64,000 bases of DNA from the NCBI RefSeq assembly GCF_000026545.1, contig NC_011601.1, one strand, 5' to 3'. Made by a program: the position numbers and the translations under genes. The DNA comes from Escherichia coli O127:H6 str. E2348/69 (GTDB taxonomy: Bacteria > Pseudomonadota > Gammaproteobacteria > Enterobacterales > Enterobacteriaceae). The notes below the pieces were generated by a model, which searched no databases, had not been told where the DNA came from, and saw only the letters and a list, made by a program, of their open reading frames with translations. This document shows, piece by piece, positions 1 to 16,709 of this stretch. Position 1 is the first letter of the stretch, and the number at the start of each line of letters is the position of its first letter.

Positions 1-4565
<4,565 letters not shown>

Positions 4566-4567
4566 CA

Positions 4568-4909
4568 ATGCGAATATTTGTCTACGGCAGTTTACGCCAC
4601 AAACAAGGCAACAGTCACTGGATGACCAATGCCCAGTTACTGGGCGATTTCAGTATTGATAACTACCAGTTGTATAGCCTGGGCCACTATCCAGGCGCAG
4701 TACCGGGGAACGGAACAGTACACGGTGAAGTTTATCGTATTGACAACGCCACGCTGGCCGAACTTGATGCCTTGCGCACCAGGGGCGGTGAATACGCGCG
4801 CCAGTTGATTCAGACGCCGTACGGGAGTGCATGGATGTACGTTTATCAACGACCCGTCGATGGATTAAAGCTAATTGAAAGCGGCGACTGGTTAGACAGG
4901 GATAAGTAA
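4568..4909 (+). CDS. ytfP: Gamma-glutamylcyclotransferase-family protein YtfP
   Basis: 113-aa ORF immediately after tamB; N-terminal YGSL motif typical of GGCT/AIG2-like fold; synteny. Confidence 0.85.
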   Translation: MRIFVYGSLRHKQGNSHWMTNAQLLGDFSIDNYQLYSLGHYPGAVPGNGTVHGEVYRIDNATLAELDALRTRGGEYARQLIQTPYGSAWMYVYQRPVDGLKLIESGDWLDRDK

Positions 4910-4937
4910 TAATAAAAGCACGCCACCTTCGGGTGGC
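4910..4937 (+). terminator. Rho-independent terminator after ytfP
   Basis: GC stem cgccacc-ttcg-ggtggcg followed by T-run. Confidence 0.7.
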
Positions 4938-5288
4938 GTTGTTTTATGCGATGTATCTCGCGATTCTTTTTGTAACTTTCCCATCTTTTGCTTTTCTCTC
5001 CGGGCCGCTTTCCATATCTGCAATCGCATAAAAAACTCTGCTGGCGTTAACAAATGTGCAGGGGTAAAACGGGGGCACGCTTTGAACGGTGAGTATGAGT
5101 GAGGCCGGCTAACTTCCAGCAAGTGGCTATGAACAGCAAAATGGTGGTCGAGCTTAGCTTGTTCTTACCGTTCAAGTCTTTCAACTGCTGAAAATAATAA
5201 TAGTGGAGTAGAGAGTTTATAAATTGCGGGCATAAAAAAACCCTTACTAACCGAAGCCCGGTGTTCAGGGTTATTGCGCCAGAAGAAC

Positions 5289-5819
5289 TTATTTATTCTT
5301 GGCGCGCTCGAAGGAAGCAACGATTTCAGCTTTAGCGGCTTCTGCGTTTTCCCAGCCTTCAACTTTAACCCACTTGCCTTTTTCGAGGTCTTTGTAGTGC
5401 TCGAAGAAGTGAGCGATCTGTGCTTTCAGCAGTTCAGGCAGATCGTTAACGTCTTTAATGTGATCGTATTCTTTGCTCAGCTTGCTGTGCGGAACCGCAA
5501 TCAGTTTCGCATCTTCACCGGCTTCGTCGGTCATTTTCAGTACGCCAACCGGACGGCAGCGGATCACAGAACCCGGCTGCAGCGGGTACGGAGTCGGGAC
5601 CAGTACGTCAACCGGGTCACCGTCCAGAGACAGGGTGTGGTTGATGTAACCGTAGTTGCACGGATAGAACATCGCGGTGGACATGAAGCGGTCAACGAAC
5701 AGTGCGCCGCTCTCTTTGTCGATTTCGTATTTGATCGGATCTGCGTTAGCCGGGATCTCAATAACAACGTAGATGTCTTCCGGCAGATCTTTACCCGCAG
5801 GGACGTTGAGTAAGCTCAT
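5289..5819 (-). CDS. ppa: Inorganic pyrophosphatase
   Basis: 176-aa ORF with the familiar E. coli Ppa sequence ([23 protein letters not shown]...). Confidence 0.95.
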   Translation of the reverse strand: MSLLNVPAGKDLPEDIYVVIEIPANADPIKYEIDKESGALFVDRFMSTAMFYPCNYGYINHTLSLDGDPVDVLVPTPYPLQPGSVIRCRPVGVLKMTDEAGEDAKLIAVPHSKLSKEYDHIKDVNDLPELLKAQIAHFFEHYKDLEKGKWVKVEGWENAEAAKAEIVASFERAKNK

Positions 5820-6128
5820 GTCTGTTTCCTTTAAAAATATGTGGCAAACAAGTGCCGAGTATTATAGCCAACTCGCGCCGAATGTCTTCGCTTGTTTTCG
5901 TCTTCATTTTCCTTTTTCGCCAGTTTTAAGACGGTATACAGAGCAGGAAAATCCATAACCGTAGCCGCATTTTTCATAGTGAGATGAAAGCGATTACAAA
6001 CTTGTGATTAACGTTTTATTTACTTTTTTGAAGTGTGATGTAACGCAATCCGTTACATAACGAATTGTCTATAGTTTTTTCGCGAACATCTTTTCACCAA
6101 TAATAATTACCCCGACGAGGACAACCCT

Positions 6129-7085
6129 ATGTGGAAACGCTTACTTGTAGTCTCTGCAGTCTCGGCAGCCATGTCGTCTATGGCGTTGGCCGCTCCATTA
6201 ACCGTAGGATTTTCGCAGGTCGGATCGGAATCCGGCTGGCGCGCCGCAGAAACCAATGTGGCGAAAAGTGAAGCCGAAAAACGCGGGATTACGTTGAAAA
6301 TTGCCGATGGTCAGCAAAAGCAGGAAAACCAGATTAAAGCGGTACGTTCCTTCGTCGCGCAAGGGGTGGATGCGATCTTTATCGCTCCAGTGGTAGCGAC
6401 CGGTTGGGAGCCGGTAGTAAAAGAGGCGAAAGATGCCGAAATCCCGGTCTTCTTGCTTGACCGTTCCATCGATGTGAAAGACAAATCTCTCTATATGACC
6501 ACCGTTACTGCCGACAACATCCTCGAAGGTAAGTTGATCGGTGACTGGCTGGTGAAAGAGGTTAACGGCAAACCATGTAACGTGGTTGAGTTACAGGGCA
6601 CCGTTGGGGCCAGCGTCGCCATTGACCGTAAGAAAGGCTTTGCCGAAGCCATAAAGAATGCGCCAAATATCAAAATTATCCGCTCGCAGTCAGGTGACTT
6701 CACCCGTAGTAAAGGCAAAGAGGTCATGGAGAGCTTTATCAAAGCGGAAAACAACGGCAAAAACATCTGCATGGTTTACGCCCATAACGACGACATGGTG
6801 ATTGGTGCAATTCAGGCAATTAAAGAAGCGGGCCTGAAACCGGGCAAAGATATCCTGACAGGCTCTATCGACGGCGTGCCGGACATCTACAAAGCGATGA
6901 TTGATGGCGAAGCGAACGCCAGCGTTGAACTGACGCCGAACATGGCAGGTCCTGCTTTCGATGCGCTGGAGAAATACAAAAAAGACGGCACCATGCCTGA
7001 AAAGCTGACGTTAACCAAATCCACCCTTTATCTGCCTGATACCGCAAAAGAAGAGTTAGAGAAGAAGAAAAATATGGGGTATTGA
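6129..7085 (+). CDS. ytfQ: Galactofuranose ABC transporter periplasmic binding protein
   Basis: 318 aa with signal peptide; sugar-binding protein family; first gene of ytfQRT-yjfF cluster. Confidence 0.9.
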   Translation: MWKRLLVVSAVSAAMSSMALAAPLTVGFSQVGSESGWRAAETNVAKSEAEKRGITLKIADGQQKQENQIKAVRSFVAQGVDAIFIAPVVATGWEPVVKEAKDAEIPVFLLDRSIDVKDKSLYMTTVTADNILEGKLIGDWLVKEVNGKPCNVVELQGTVGASVAIDRKKGFAEAIKNAPNIKIIRSQSGDFTRSKGKEVMESFIKAENNGKNICMVYAHNDDMVIGAIQAIKEAGLKPGKDILTGSIDGVPDIYKAMIDGEANASVELTPNMAGPAFDALEKYKKDGTMPEKLTLTKSTLYLPDTAKEELEKKKNMGY

Positions 7086-7092
7086 GGGTTGC

Positions 7093-7195
7093 TATGCCTG
7101 ATGCCGATTCGTAGGCCGGATAAGGCGCTCGCGCCGCATCCGGCGGTTGTGCGCTGAAGCCTGATGCGACGCTTACCGCGTCTTATCATGCCTAC
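7093..7195. repeat. REP/BIME palindromic element cluster
   Basis: gccggataaggcg...cgccgcatccggc and gcctgatgcgacgc...gcgtcttatca motifs. Confidence 0.8.
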
Positions 7196-7224
7196 TGGGA
7201 GCACGCTTTACACCGGGGGAAACC

Positions 7225-8727
7225 ATGACGACCGACCAACACCAGGAAATCCTCCGCACCGAAGGATTAAGTAAATTTTTCCCCGGTGTCAAAGCGTTAG
7301 ACAACGTTGATTTCAGCCTGCGCCGTGGCGAAATCATGGCGCTGCTCGGTGAAAACGGGGCGGGAAAATCGACGCTAATCAAAGCATTAACCGGTGTATA
7401 CCACGCCGATCGCGGCACCATCTGGCTGGAAGGCCAGGCTATCTCACCGAAAAACACCGCCCACGCACAACAACTCGGCATCGGCACCGTCTATCAGGAA
7501 GTCAACCTGCTACCCAATATGTCGGTCGCTGATAATCTATTCATAGGTCGCGAACCCGAACGTTTCGGCCTTCTACGCCGTAAAGAGATGGAAAAGCGCG
7601 CCACCGAACTGATGGCATCTTACGGTTTCTCCCTCGACGTGCGCGAACCGCTCAACCGCTTTTCAGTCGCGATGCAGCAAATCGTCGCCATTTGCCGGGC
7701 TATCGATCTCTCCGCCAAAGTGCTGATCCTCGATGAACCCACCGCCAGTCTCGACACTCAGGAAGTAGAGTTACTGTTTGGCCTGATGCGTCAACTTCGC
7801 GATCGCGGCGTCAGTCTGATCTTCGTCACTCATTTTCTCGATCAGGTTTATCAGGTCAGCGATCGGATCACCGTCTTACGTAACGGCAGTTTCGTAGGCT
7901 GTCGGGAAACGCGCGAGCTACCGCAGATCGAACTGGTAAAAATGATGCTGGGGCGTGAACTGGACACCCACGCGCTTCAGCGTGCCGGGAGAACATTGCT
8001 GAGCGACAAACCTGTTGCCGCGTTCAAAAATTACGGCACAAAAGGAACGATCGCGCCGTTTGATCTCGAAGTACGCCCCGGCGAGATCGTTGGCCTGGCG
8101 GGCTTGCTGGGATCAGGACGTACCGAAACCGCCGAAGTGATCTTCGGTATCAAACCTGCTGATAGCGGCACGGCGTTGATCAAAGGCAAACCGCAAACGC
8201 TACGCTCGCCACATCAGGCTTCGGTACTGGGCATCGGCTTCTGCCCGGAAGACAGGAAAACCGATGGCATTATCGCCGCCGCCTCGGTGCGGGAAAATAT
8301 CATCCTCGCTCTCCAGGCCCAGCGCGGCTGGCTACGACCTATTTCCCGCAAAGAGCAGCAAGAGATTGCCGAACGCTTTATTCGCCAGCTTGGCATTCGC
8401 ACACCTTCCACCGAACAACCGATTGAATTTCTCTCCGGCGGCAATCAGCAAAAAGTGTTGCTTTCACGTTGGCTACTGACCCGACCGCAATTTCTGATTC
8501 TCGACGAGCCAACGCGCGGAATTGATGTTGGTGCGCATGCCGAGATCATCCGCCTAATTGAAACGCTGTGCGCCGATGGGCTGGCGCTGCTGGTGATCTC
8601 CTCCGAACTGGAAGAGCTGGTGGGCTATGCCGACCGGGTGATTATCATGCGCGATCGCAAACAGGTAGCGGAGATCCCACTGGCAGAGCTTTCCGTTCCG
8701 GCGATCATGAACGCCATTGCGGCGTAA
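7225..8727 (+). CDS. ytfR: Sugar ABC transporter ATP-binding protein (duplicated ABC domains)
   Basis: 500 aa; Walker A GENGAGKST, LSGGNQQK signature, second ABC domain. Confidence 0.92.
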   Translation: MTTDQHQEILRTEGLSKFFPGVKALDNVDFSLRRGEIMALLGENGAGKSTLIKALTGVYHADRGTIWLEGQAISPKNTAHAQQLGIGTVYQEVNLLPNMSVADNLFIGREPERFGLLRRKEMEKRATELMASYGFSLDVREPLNRFSVAMQQIVAICRAIDLSAKVLILDEPTASLDTQEVELLFGLMRQLRDRGVSLIFVTHFLDQVYQVSDRITVLRNGSFVGCRETRELPQIELVKMMLGRELDTHALQRAGRTLLSDKPVAAFKNYGTKGTIAPFDLEVRPGEIVGLAGLLGSGRTETAEVIFGIKPADSGTALIKGKPQTLRSPHQASVLGIGFCPEDRKTDGIIAAASVRENIILALQAQRGWLRPISRKEQQEIAERFIRQLGIRTPSTEQPIEFLSGGNQQKVLLSRWLLTRPQFLILDEPTRGIDVGAHAEIIRLIETLCADGLALLVISSELEELVGYADRVIIMRDRKQVAEIPLAELSVPAIMNAIAA

Positions 8728-8740
8728 GGAGAACAGTGTG

Positions 8741-9763
8741 ATGCCTCAATCTCTCCCGGACACTACGCCGCCGAAAAGGCGTTTTCGCTGGCCAACAGGA
8801 ATGCCGCAGCTGGCGGCACTGTTGCTGGTGCTGCTGGTTGATAGCCTGGTGGCCCCACATTTCTGGCAGGTGGTGCTTCAGGATGGGCGTTTGTTCGGTA
8901 GCCCTATCGACATTCTTAACCGTGCGGCCCCCGTTGCGCTACTGGCGATTGGCATGACGCTGGTTATCGCCACCGGTGGGATTGATCTCTCCGTAGGGGC
9001 GGTGATGGCTATCGCCGGAGCCACAACGGCTGCGATGACGGTCGCGGGATTCAGCCTGCCAATTGTTTTGTTAAGCGCCCTGGGCACTGGCATCCTGGCG
9101 GGATTGTGGAACGGCATACTGGTAGCGATCCTCAAAATTCAGCCGTTTGTCGCCACCCTGATCTTGATGGTCGCCGGGCGCGGCGTGGCGCAACTGATCA
9201 CCTCCGGACAGATCGTCACATTTAACTCACCGGATCTCTCCTGGTTTGGCAGTGGATCGCTGTTGTTCCTGCCAACGCCAGTCATTATTGCGGTGCTGAC
9301 GCTTCTCCTGTTCTGGCTGTTGACCCGCAAAACGGCACTGGGGATGTTTATCGAAGCCGTTGGTATCAACATTCGGGCGGCAAAAAATGCCGGGGTAAAC
9401 ACGCGGATCATCGTCATGCTCACCTACGTTTTGAGCGGGCTATGTGCGGCGATTGCGGGCATTATCGTGGCGGCGGATATTCGCGGTGCCGATGCCAATA
9501 ACGCCGGGTTATGGCTGGAGCTGGACGCCATTCTTGCAGTGGTGATTGGCGGCGGATCGCTGATGGGCGGGCGCTTTAACCTGCTGCTTTCGGTGGTGGG
9601 GGCGCTGATTATTCAGGGAATGAACACCGGAATTTTGCTTTCTGGCTTTCCGCCGGAGATGAACCAGGTCGTAAAAGCGGTGGTGGTGCTTTGCGTGCTG
9701 ATTGTTCAGTCGCAACGCTTTATCAGTCTGATTAAAGGGGGACGTAACCGTGATAAAACGTAA
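8741..9763 (+). CDS. ytfT: Sugar ABC transporter permease
   Basis: Polytopic membrane ORF; ATG at 8741 preceded by aggagaa RBS (the track start at 8717 is a TTG). Confidence 0.88.
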   Translation: MPQSLPDTTPPKRRFRWPTGMPQLAALLLVLLVDSLVAPHFWQVVLQDGRLFGSPIDILNRAAPVALLAIGMTLVIATGGIDLSVGAVMAIAGATTAAMTVAGFSLPIVLLSALGTGILAGLWNGILVAILKIQPFVATLILMVAGRGVAQLITSGQIVTFNSPDLSWFGSGSLLFLPTPVIIAVLTLLLFWLLTRKTALGMFIEAVGINIRAAKNAGVNTRIIVMLTYVLSGLCAAIAGIIVAADIRGADANNAGLWLELDAILAVVIGGGSLMGGRFNLLLSVVGALIIQGMNTGILLSGFPPEMNQVVKAVVVLCVLIVQSQRFISLIKGGRNRDKT

Positions 9764-10745
9764 TTTGCCACTGATGATCACCATCGGCGTCTTTGTGTTG
9801 GGTTATATCTACTGTCTGACCCAGTTTCCCGGTTTTGCTTCCACAAGAGTGATCTGCAATATCCTGACCGATAATGCCTTTCTTGGGATAATCGCCGTTG
9901 GTATGACCTTTGTGATCCTCTCCGGTGGGATCGATCTCTCCGTCGGTTCGGTGATCGCCTTTACTGGCGTGTTTCTGGCAAAAGTGATTGGCGATTTCGG
10001 CCTCTCACCGCTGCTGGCGTTTCCGCTGGTGCTGGTGATGGGCTGTGCCTTCGGCGCATTTATGGGACTTCTGATCGACGCCCTGAAGATCCCGGCGTTT
10101 ATCATTACTTTGGCAGGAATGTTCTTTTTGCGTGGCGTCAGCTATCTCGTTTCGGAAGAGTCGATCCCGATAAACCATCCTGTTTATGACACGCTCTCAA
10201 GCCTTGCGTGGAAAATCCCTGGCGGCGGTCGCTTAAGTGCGATGGGACTGCTGATGCTGGCGGTGGTGGTTATCGGCATATTCCTCGCGCATCGTACCCG
10301 TTTTGGTAATCAGGTATACGCCATTGGCGGCAACGCAACGTCGGCAAACCTGATGGGGATTTCCACTCGCAGCACCACTATTCGCATTTATATGCTCTCC
10401 ACCGGACTGGCAACGCTGGCGGGGATTGTCTTCTCGATTTATACCCAGGCCGGATATGCACTGGCGGGCGTAGGTGTGGAACTGGATGCTATCGCCTCAG
10501 TGGTAATTGGCGGTACGCTTTTGAGTGGTGGCGTTGGAACGGTATTAGGGACGCTTTTTGGCGTGGCGATTCAGGGACTGATTCAGACTTACATAAACTT
10601 TGATGGCACGCTGAGTTCCTGGTGGACGAAAATCGCCATCGGTATTTTGTTGTTTATTTTTATAGCATTACAGCGTGGATTAACGGTGCTGTGGGAGAAT
10701 CGTCAGAGTTCGCCAGTGACAAGAGTCAACATTGCGCAGCGATAA
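9750..10745 (+). CDS. yjfF: Sugar ABC transporter permease
   Basis: 331-aa polytopic membrane ORF; GTG start overlapping the end of ytfT. Confidence 0.88.
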   Translation: MIKRNLPLMITIGVFVLGYIYCLTQFPGFASTRVICNILTDNAFLGIIAVGMTFVILSGGIDLSVGSVIAFTGVFLAKVIGDFGLSPLLAFPLVLVMGCAFGAFMGLLIDALKIPAFIITLAGMFFLRGVSYLVSEESIPINHPVYDTLSSLAWKIPGGGRLSAMGLLMLAVVVIGIFLAHRTRFGNQVYAIGGNATSANLMGISTRSTTIRIYMLSTGLATLAGIVFSIYTQAGYALAGVGVELDAIASVVIGGTLLSGGVGTVLGTLFGVAIQGLIQTYINFDGTLSSWWTKIAIGILLFIFIALQRGLTVLWENRQSSPVTRVNIAQR

Positions 10746-10777
10746 AAACGCCTCTCCGTGTGGAGAGGCGCAGGAGA

Positions 10778-11776
10778 TTACGCGTCCGGGAACTCACGGA
10801 TAAAGCGTTCGACATCTTCAACCATATGGTCGTTGCCGACAAAGAACGAACGGCGCTGGTGCAGGGTTTCCGGGATAATATCCAGAATACGCTCTTTGCC
10901 ATCGCTCGCTTTACCGCCCGCTTGTTCCGCCAGGAATGCCATCGGGTTGCACTCATACAGTAAACGTAGTTTACCGTCCGGGTGGCTGGCGGTGCTTGGG
11001 TAGAGATAAATACCGCCTTTCAGCAGGTTACGGTGGAAATCCGCGACCAGTGAACCGATATAACGTGAGGTATACGGGCGGTTGGTGGATTTATCTTCTT
11101 CCTGGCAGAATTTAATGTACTTCTTCACCCCGTTCGGAAACTTAATGTAGTTTCCTTCGTTGATGGAGTAGGTTTTGCCTTTCTCCGGGAAGCGCATCCG
11201 TTCCTGGCACAGGCAGAAAACACCCAGCGAAGGATCATAAGTAAAGGCGTGAACACCGCATCCGGTGGTGTAAACCAGCATAGTAGAGGAGCCGTATACC
11301 ACGTAACCTGCCGCAACCTGTTTGTTACCAGGCTGGAGGAAATCTTCTTCCGTTACCGGCGTGCCAACAGGCGTAACGCGGCGGTAGATGGAGAAAATGG
11401 TACCGACAGAGACGTTAACATCGATGTTGGACGAGCCATCCAGTGGGTCCATCAGCACCACGTATTTTGCGTGTTCACAGCCTTCAAAGACGACAATCTC
11501 ATCTTCTTCTTCAGAGGCAATGCCCGCAACGATATCGCGTGCTTTCAGTGCGGCTTTCAGTTTCTCATTAGCGAACAGGTCGAGTTTCTGCTGAACCTCG
11601 CCCTGCACGTTCTCAGCACCGCTGGCACCCAGGATATCAACCAGTCCTGCTTTGTTGATATCGCGATGGATAATCTTGGCGCCCAGTTTTATTGCCGACA
11701 GCAAAGCAGTGAGCTCACCGGTAGCATGAGAAAACTCGTGCTGCTTTTCGACAATAAATTCACCTAACGTTTTCAT
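10778..11776 (-). CDS. fbp: Fructose-1,6-bisphosphatase class I
   Basis: 332 aa from [12 protein letters not shown]...; the track ORF is extended 21 codons upstream. Confidence 0.93.
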
Positions 11777-11951
11777 AAAACTTTCCCTGCAATGTTTATG
11801 GAGTAAAGCGACCGCAACAATCTTAACAAATAATCCCAATGTTGCGCTCAGGTGAATCGCGCCAGCAAATTACGGATTATCCTGAAATGCGTTTCTCACT
11901 TGCCCGACATATGCGTAAAATGAGCGCCAGATTAAAAAAGGATAGTGACGT

Positions 11952-13325
11952 ATGCGCATTCATATTTTAGGAATTTGTGGCACGTTTATGGGCGGTCTGG
12001 CGATGCTGGCGCGCCAGTTAGGCCATGAAGTAACGGGTTCGGACGCCAATGTGTATCCGCCGATGAGCACCTTACTTGAGAAGCAAGGTATTGAACTGAT
12101 TCAGGGTTACGATGCCAGCCAGCTCGATCCACAGCCGGATCTGGTGATTATTGGTAACGCCATGACCCGTGGAAATCCGTGTGTGGAAGCGGTACTGGAA
12201 AAAAACATCCCTTATATGTCAGGTCCGCAGTGGCTGCACGATTTTGTGCTGCGCGACCGCTGGGTGCTGGCCGTTGCCGGTACACACGGCAAAACCACCA
12301 CGGCGGGAATGGCGACCTGGATTCTGGAACAATGCGGTTACAAACCGGGATTTGTGATCGGCGGTGTGCCGGGGAACTTTGAGGTTTCGGCGCGTCTGGG
12401 CGAAAGCGATTTCTTTGTTATCGAAGCGGATGAGTACGACTGCGCCTTCTTTGACAAACGCTCTAAATTTGTCCATTACTGCCCGCGTACGCTGATCCTC
12501 AACAACCTTGAGTTCGATCACGCCGATATCTTTGACGACCTGAAAGCGATCCAGAAACAGTTCCACCATCTGGTGCGTATCGTTCCGGGGCAGGGTCGTA
12601 TTATCTGGCCGGAAAATGACATCAACCTGAAACAGACCATGGCGATGGGCTGCTGGAGCGAGCAGGAGCTGGTGGGCGAGCAAGGTCACTGGCAGGCGAA
12701 AAAGCTGACCACCGATGCTTCCGAATGGGAAGTCTTGCTGGATGGCGAAAAAGTGGGCGAAGTGAAATGGTCGCTGGTAGGCGAACATAATATGCACAAT
12801 GGCCTGATGGCGATTGCAGCGGCTCGCCATGTTGGTGTAGCGCCGGCAGATGCCGCTAACGCGCTGGGTTCGTTTATTAACGCTCGTCGCCGCCTGGAGT
12901 TGCGTGGTGAAGCGAATGGCGTCACGGTATATGACGATTTCGCCCATCACCCGACGGCGATTCTGGCAACGCTGGCGGCGCTGCGTGGCAAAGTTGGCGG
13001 TACGGCGCGCATTATTGCCGTGCTGGAGCCGCGTTCGAATACCATGAAAATGGGGATCTGCAAAGACGATCTGGCACCTTCATTAGGTCGTGCCGATGAA
13101 GTCTTCCTGCTGCAACCGGCACATATTCCGTGGCAGGTGGCAGAAGTGGCAGAAGCCTGCGTTCAGCCTGCACACTGGAGTGGCGATGTGGATACGCTGG
13201 CAGATATGGTGGTGAAAACCGCTCAGCCTGGCGACCATATTCTGGTGATGAGCAACGGCGGTTTTGGTGGGATCCATCAGAAACTGCTGGATGGGCTGGC
13301 GAAGAAGGCGGAAGCTGCGCAGTAA
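11952..13325 (+). CDS. mpl: UDP-N-acetylmuramate:L-alanyl-gamma-D-glutamyl-meso-diaminopimelate ligase
   Basis: 457 aa; Mur-ligase motifs (GTHGKTTT); synteny. Confidence 0.93.
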   Translation: MRIHILGICGTFMGGLAMLARQLGHEVTGSDANVYPPMSTLLEKQGIELIQGYDASQLDPQPDLVIIGNAMTRGNPCVEAVLEKNIPYMSGPQWLHDFVLRDRWVLAVAGTHGKTTTAGMATWILEQCGYKPGFVIGGVPGNFEVSARLGESDFFVIEADEYDCAFFDKRSKFVHYCPRTLILNNLEFDHADIFDDLKAIQKQFHHLVRIVPGQGRIIWPENDINLKQTMAMGCWSEQELVGEQGHWQAKKLTTDASEWEVLLDGEKVGEVKWSLVGEHNMHNGLMAIAAARHVGVAPADAANALGSFINARRRLELRGEANGVTVYDDFAHHPTAILATLAALRGKVGGTARIIAVLEPRSNTMKMGICKDDLAPSLGRADEVFLLQPAHIPWQVAEVAEACVQPAHWSGDVDTLADMVVKTAQPGDHILVMSNGGFGGIHQKLLDGLAKKAEAAQ

Positions 13326-13350
13326 TTCTGAAGCCTTGCATGTGTGTGTA

Positions 13351-13450
13351 TGCCGGATAAAGCGTTTACGCCGCATCCGGCATTTGAGCATAGTGCCTGA
13401 TGCGACGCTTGATGCGTCTTATCAGGCCTACAGGTGCACCGTATCCGGCA
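13351..13450. repeat. REP/BIME element cluster
   Basis: tgccggataaagcgtttacgccgcatccggca and gcctgatgcgacgc motifs. Confidence 0.8.
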
Positions 13451-13476
13451 AACCATACTCACATCAACAACGAAAA

Positions 13477-14028
13477 TTACCCTTCGTTTTCCGCTAACTC
13501 GCGCAGATACTGGAAAATCTGACGTGCGGATTTCGGCGGCTTATTCCCTTCTTTCTCTTTCTTCGCGTTGCGGATCAGAGTTCGCAGTTGCTGACGATCG
13601 GCATCGGGCCACAGATTCAATACTTCAGCGATGGCATCATCACCCTGGTCGATCAGACGATCGCGCAGGTTTTCCAGTTTATGGAACAGCACCACCTGCT
13701 GGTTGTGGCGGTTTTTCAGCTTATCCAGCGCCTGACGAATAGGCTCTACGTCGCGCTGGCGCAGCATCTTGCCGATGAGCTGCAACTGGCGGCGGCGACC
13801 TTCCATCTTAATACGCTGGGCGAGCTCAATAGCCGCGCGCAGATCCGCATCTAACGGGATCTTATCCAGCGCGTTTTTCCCCAGATCAACAATTTCCGCG
13901 CCAAGGCGTTTTAGCTCCTCGGCATCACGTTTAATTTCACTTTTACTGACCCAGATAATTTCATCGTCTTCGTCTTCGATGTCATCACCGGGAACGTCGT
14001 CGAGCCAGTCTTCGGGCTGCTTAGTCAT
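13477..14028 (-). CDS. yjgA: Ribosome-associated protein YjgA (DUF615)
   Basis: 183-aa acidic and basic ORF in syntenic position. Confidence 0.88.
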
Positions 14029-14121
14029 CTCAGGCTCCTTAAAAAAAGAGGCTAATGTTACCAGTTAAGATGCGCACTGAAAAACGGTTCTCTGTTAGAC
14101 TTCAGAGAAACTCTCTACATT

Positions 14122-15474
14122 ATGGCACTTGCAATGAAAGTAATCTCTCAAGTTGAAGCGCAGCGCAAGATTCTGGAAGAAGCAGTTTCGACTGCGCTGG
14201 AGTTGGCCTCAGGCAAATCGGACGGTGCAGAAGTTGCCGTCAGCAAGACCACCGGCATTAGCGTAAGCACGCGTTATGGTGAAGTGGAGAATGTTGAATT
14301 CAATAGCGATGGCGCGCTGGGGATCACCGTTTATCACCAGAACCGTAAAGGTAGCGCATCGTCTACCGATTTAAGCCCGCAGGCCATTGCCCGCACCGTA
14401 CAGGCGGCGCTGGATATTGCCCGTTACACTTCGCCAGATCCGTATGCAGGCGTGGCAGACAAAGAACTGCTGGCTTTCGACGCGCCGGATCTTGACCTGT
14501 TCCACCCTGCGGACGTTTCTCCGGATGAAGCCATTGAACTGGCGGCCCGTGCGGAACAGGCGGCATTGCAGGCGGACAAACGCATCACCAATACCGAAGG
14601 CGGTAGCTTTAACAGCCACTACGGTGTCAAAGTTTTTGGCAACAGCCACGGCATGTTGCAGGGTTACTGCTCAACGCGTCATTCGCTCTCCAGTTGTGTA
14701 ATCGCCGAAGAAAATGGCGATATGGAGCGCGATTATGCCTACACCATTGGGCGTGCGATGAGCGATCTACAAACGCCAGAGTGGGTTGGGGCCGACTGTG
14801 CTCGCCGTACCTTATCGCGCCTGTCACCGCGTAAACTTTCTACCATGAAAGCGCCGGTGATTTTTGCCAATGAAGTGGCAACAGGGTTGTTTGGTCATTT
14901 GGTGGGGGCGATAGCGGGTGGTGCGGTCTACCGTAAATCGACCTTCTTGCTCGACTCGCTCGGTAAACAAATTCTGCCGGATTGGCTGACCATTGAAGAG
15001 CATCCGCATCTGCTGAAAGGGCTGGCATCTACACCATTCGACAGCGAAGGTGTGCGCACCGAGCGCCGCGATATCGTCAAAGATGGCATCCTGACTCAGT
15101 GGCTGCTGACCAGCTATTCGGCGCGGAAACTGGGGCTGAAAAGCACCGGACATGCGGGCGGTATTCACAACTGGCGGATTGCCGGACAAGGGCTAAGCTT
15201 CGAACAAATGCTCAAAGAGATGGGCACCGGGCTGGTGGTGACGGAGCTGATGGGCCAGGGCGTGAGTGCCATTACTGGTGATTATTCCCGTGGTGCAGCG
15301 GGCTTCTGGGTAGAGAATGGCGAGATTCAGTATCCGGTGAGCGAAATCACCATCGCTGGTAATTTAAAAGATATGTGGCGCAATATTGTCACCGTCGGTA
15401 ACGATATTGAAACACGCAGTAATATACAGTGTGGTTCTGTGCTGTTGCCGGAGATGAAAATCGCCGGGCAGTAA
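14122..15474 (+). CDS. pmbA: Metalloprotease PmbA (TldE)
   Basis: 450-aa ORF; synteny yjgA-pmbA-cybC; true start may be the MKVISQ Met a few codons in. Confidence 0.9.
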   Translation: MALAMKVISQVEAQRKILEEAVSTALELASGKSDGAEVAVSKTTGISVSTRYGEVENVEFNSDGALGITVYHQNRKGSASSTDLSPQAIARTVQAALDIARYTSPDPYAGVADKELLAFDAPDLDLFHPADVSPDEAIELAARAEQAALQADKRITNTEGGSFNSHYGVKVFGNSHGMLQGYCSTRHSLSSCVIAEENGDMERDYAYTIGRAMSDLQTPEWVGADCARRTLSRLSPRKLSTMKAPVIFANEVATGLFGHLVGAIAGGAVYRKSTFLLDSLGKQILPDWLTIEEHPHLLKGLASTPFDSEGVRTERRDIVKDGILTQWLLTSYSARKLGLKSTGHAGGIHNWRIAGQGLSFEQMLKEMGTGLVVTELMGQGVSAITGDYSRGAAGFWVENGEIQYPVSEITIAGNLKDMWRNIVTVGNDIETRSNIQCGSVLLPEMKIAGQ

Positions 15475-15653
15475 AAAACTGGCGCGACCTGCCGCGCTAT
15501 AAACTAAAAAATTACACAAAATCATTCGCACTGCATCGAGACGGAAAGTGAATGAGAGCCGGGGAGCGTACTCGTAGTACGTGACTCGGGCGAATGAGCG
15601 TAGCCGTCGATGAGGCAGTGTGAAGGATGAAGTGTAAATAAAAAAGGAAGTGA

Positions 15654-16043
<390 letters not shown>

Positions 16044-16087
16044 TTCTTTATTTCCCTGTTGCCTGCACTCAGGTAACAGGGAACTTA

Positions 16088-16552
16088 TCATCGCAAATAA
16101 TGCACCACCTGATTGCTGCTGCCGCGCCAGATCAGGGAAGGGTCTTTTAAATCCTGCACAAATTTGCCGTCGACCAGCACGTTAATCAAATCAACAACCT
16201 GCATTTGCGCAGCGTTGAGTTCGTCGAGTTTATAGCCTGTCCACACCCAGATGTCTTTACCCGGACACTCGGCGCGGATGCGTTGTACCAGTTTCAGAAT
16301 ATCCGGCACGTTTTGCGGATGTAGCGGATCGCCGCCGGAGAGGGAAATACCCTGGCGTTTGATACGAGTGTCATTCAGATCGTTAATGATCTGGTCTTCC
16401 ATTGCTTTGGTAAATGGCTGACCGGAATTTACCCGCCAGGTGCTTTTGTTATAGCAACCGGGGCATTCATGAACACACCCGGAGACAAACAGGGTGCAGC
16501 GAGTGCCGGGGCCGTTGACGATGTCGACAGGATAGTACTGATGATAGTTCAT
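16088..16552 (-). CDS. nrdG: Anaerobic ribonucleotide reductase activating protein
   Basis: 154 aa; radical-SAM cysteine motif CxxxCxxC (GCVHECPGC). Confidence 0.93.
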   Translation of the reverse strand: MNYHQYYPVDIVNGPGTRCTLFVSGCVHECPGCYNKSTWRVNSGQPFTKAMEDQIINDLNDTRIKRQGISLSGGDPLHPQNVPDILKLVQRIRAECPGKDIWVWTGYKLDELNAAQMQVVDLINVLVDGKFVQDLKDPSLIWRGSSNQVVHYLR

Positions 16553-16574
16553 TATTTCACCTGGCTTATCAGTC

Positions 16575-16692
<118 letters not shown>

Positions 16693-16709
16693 TTAACACA
16701 GAGTGAAGA

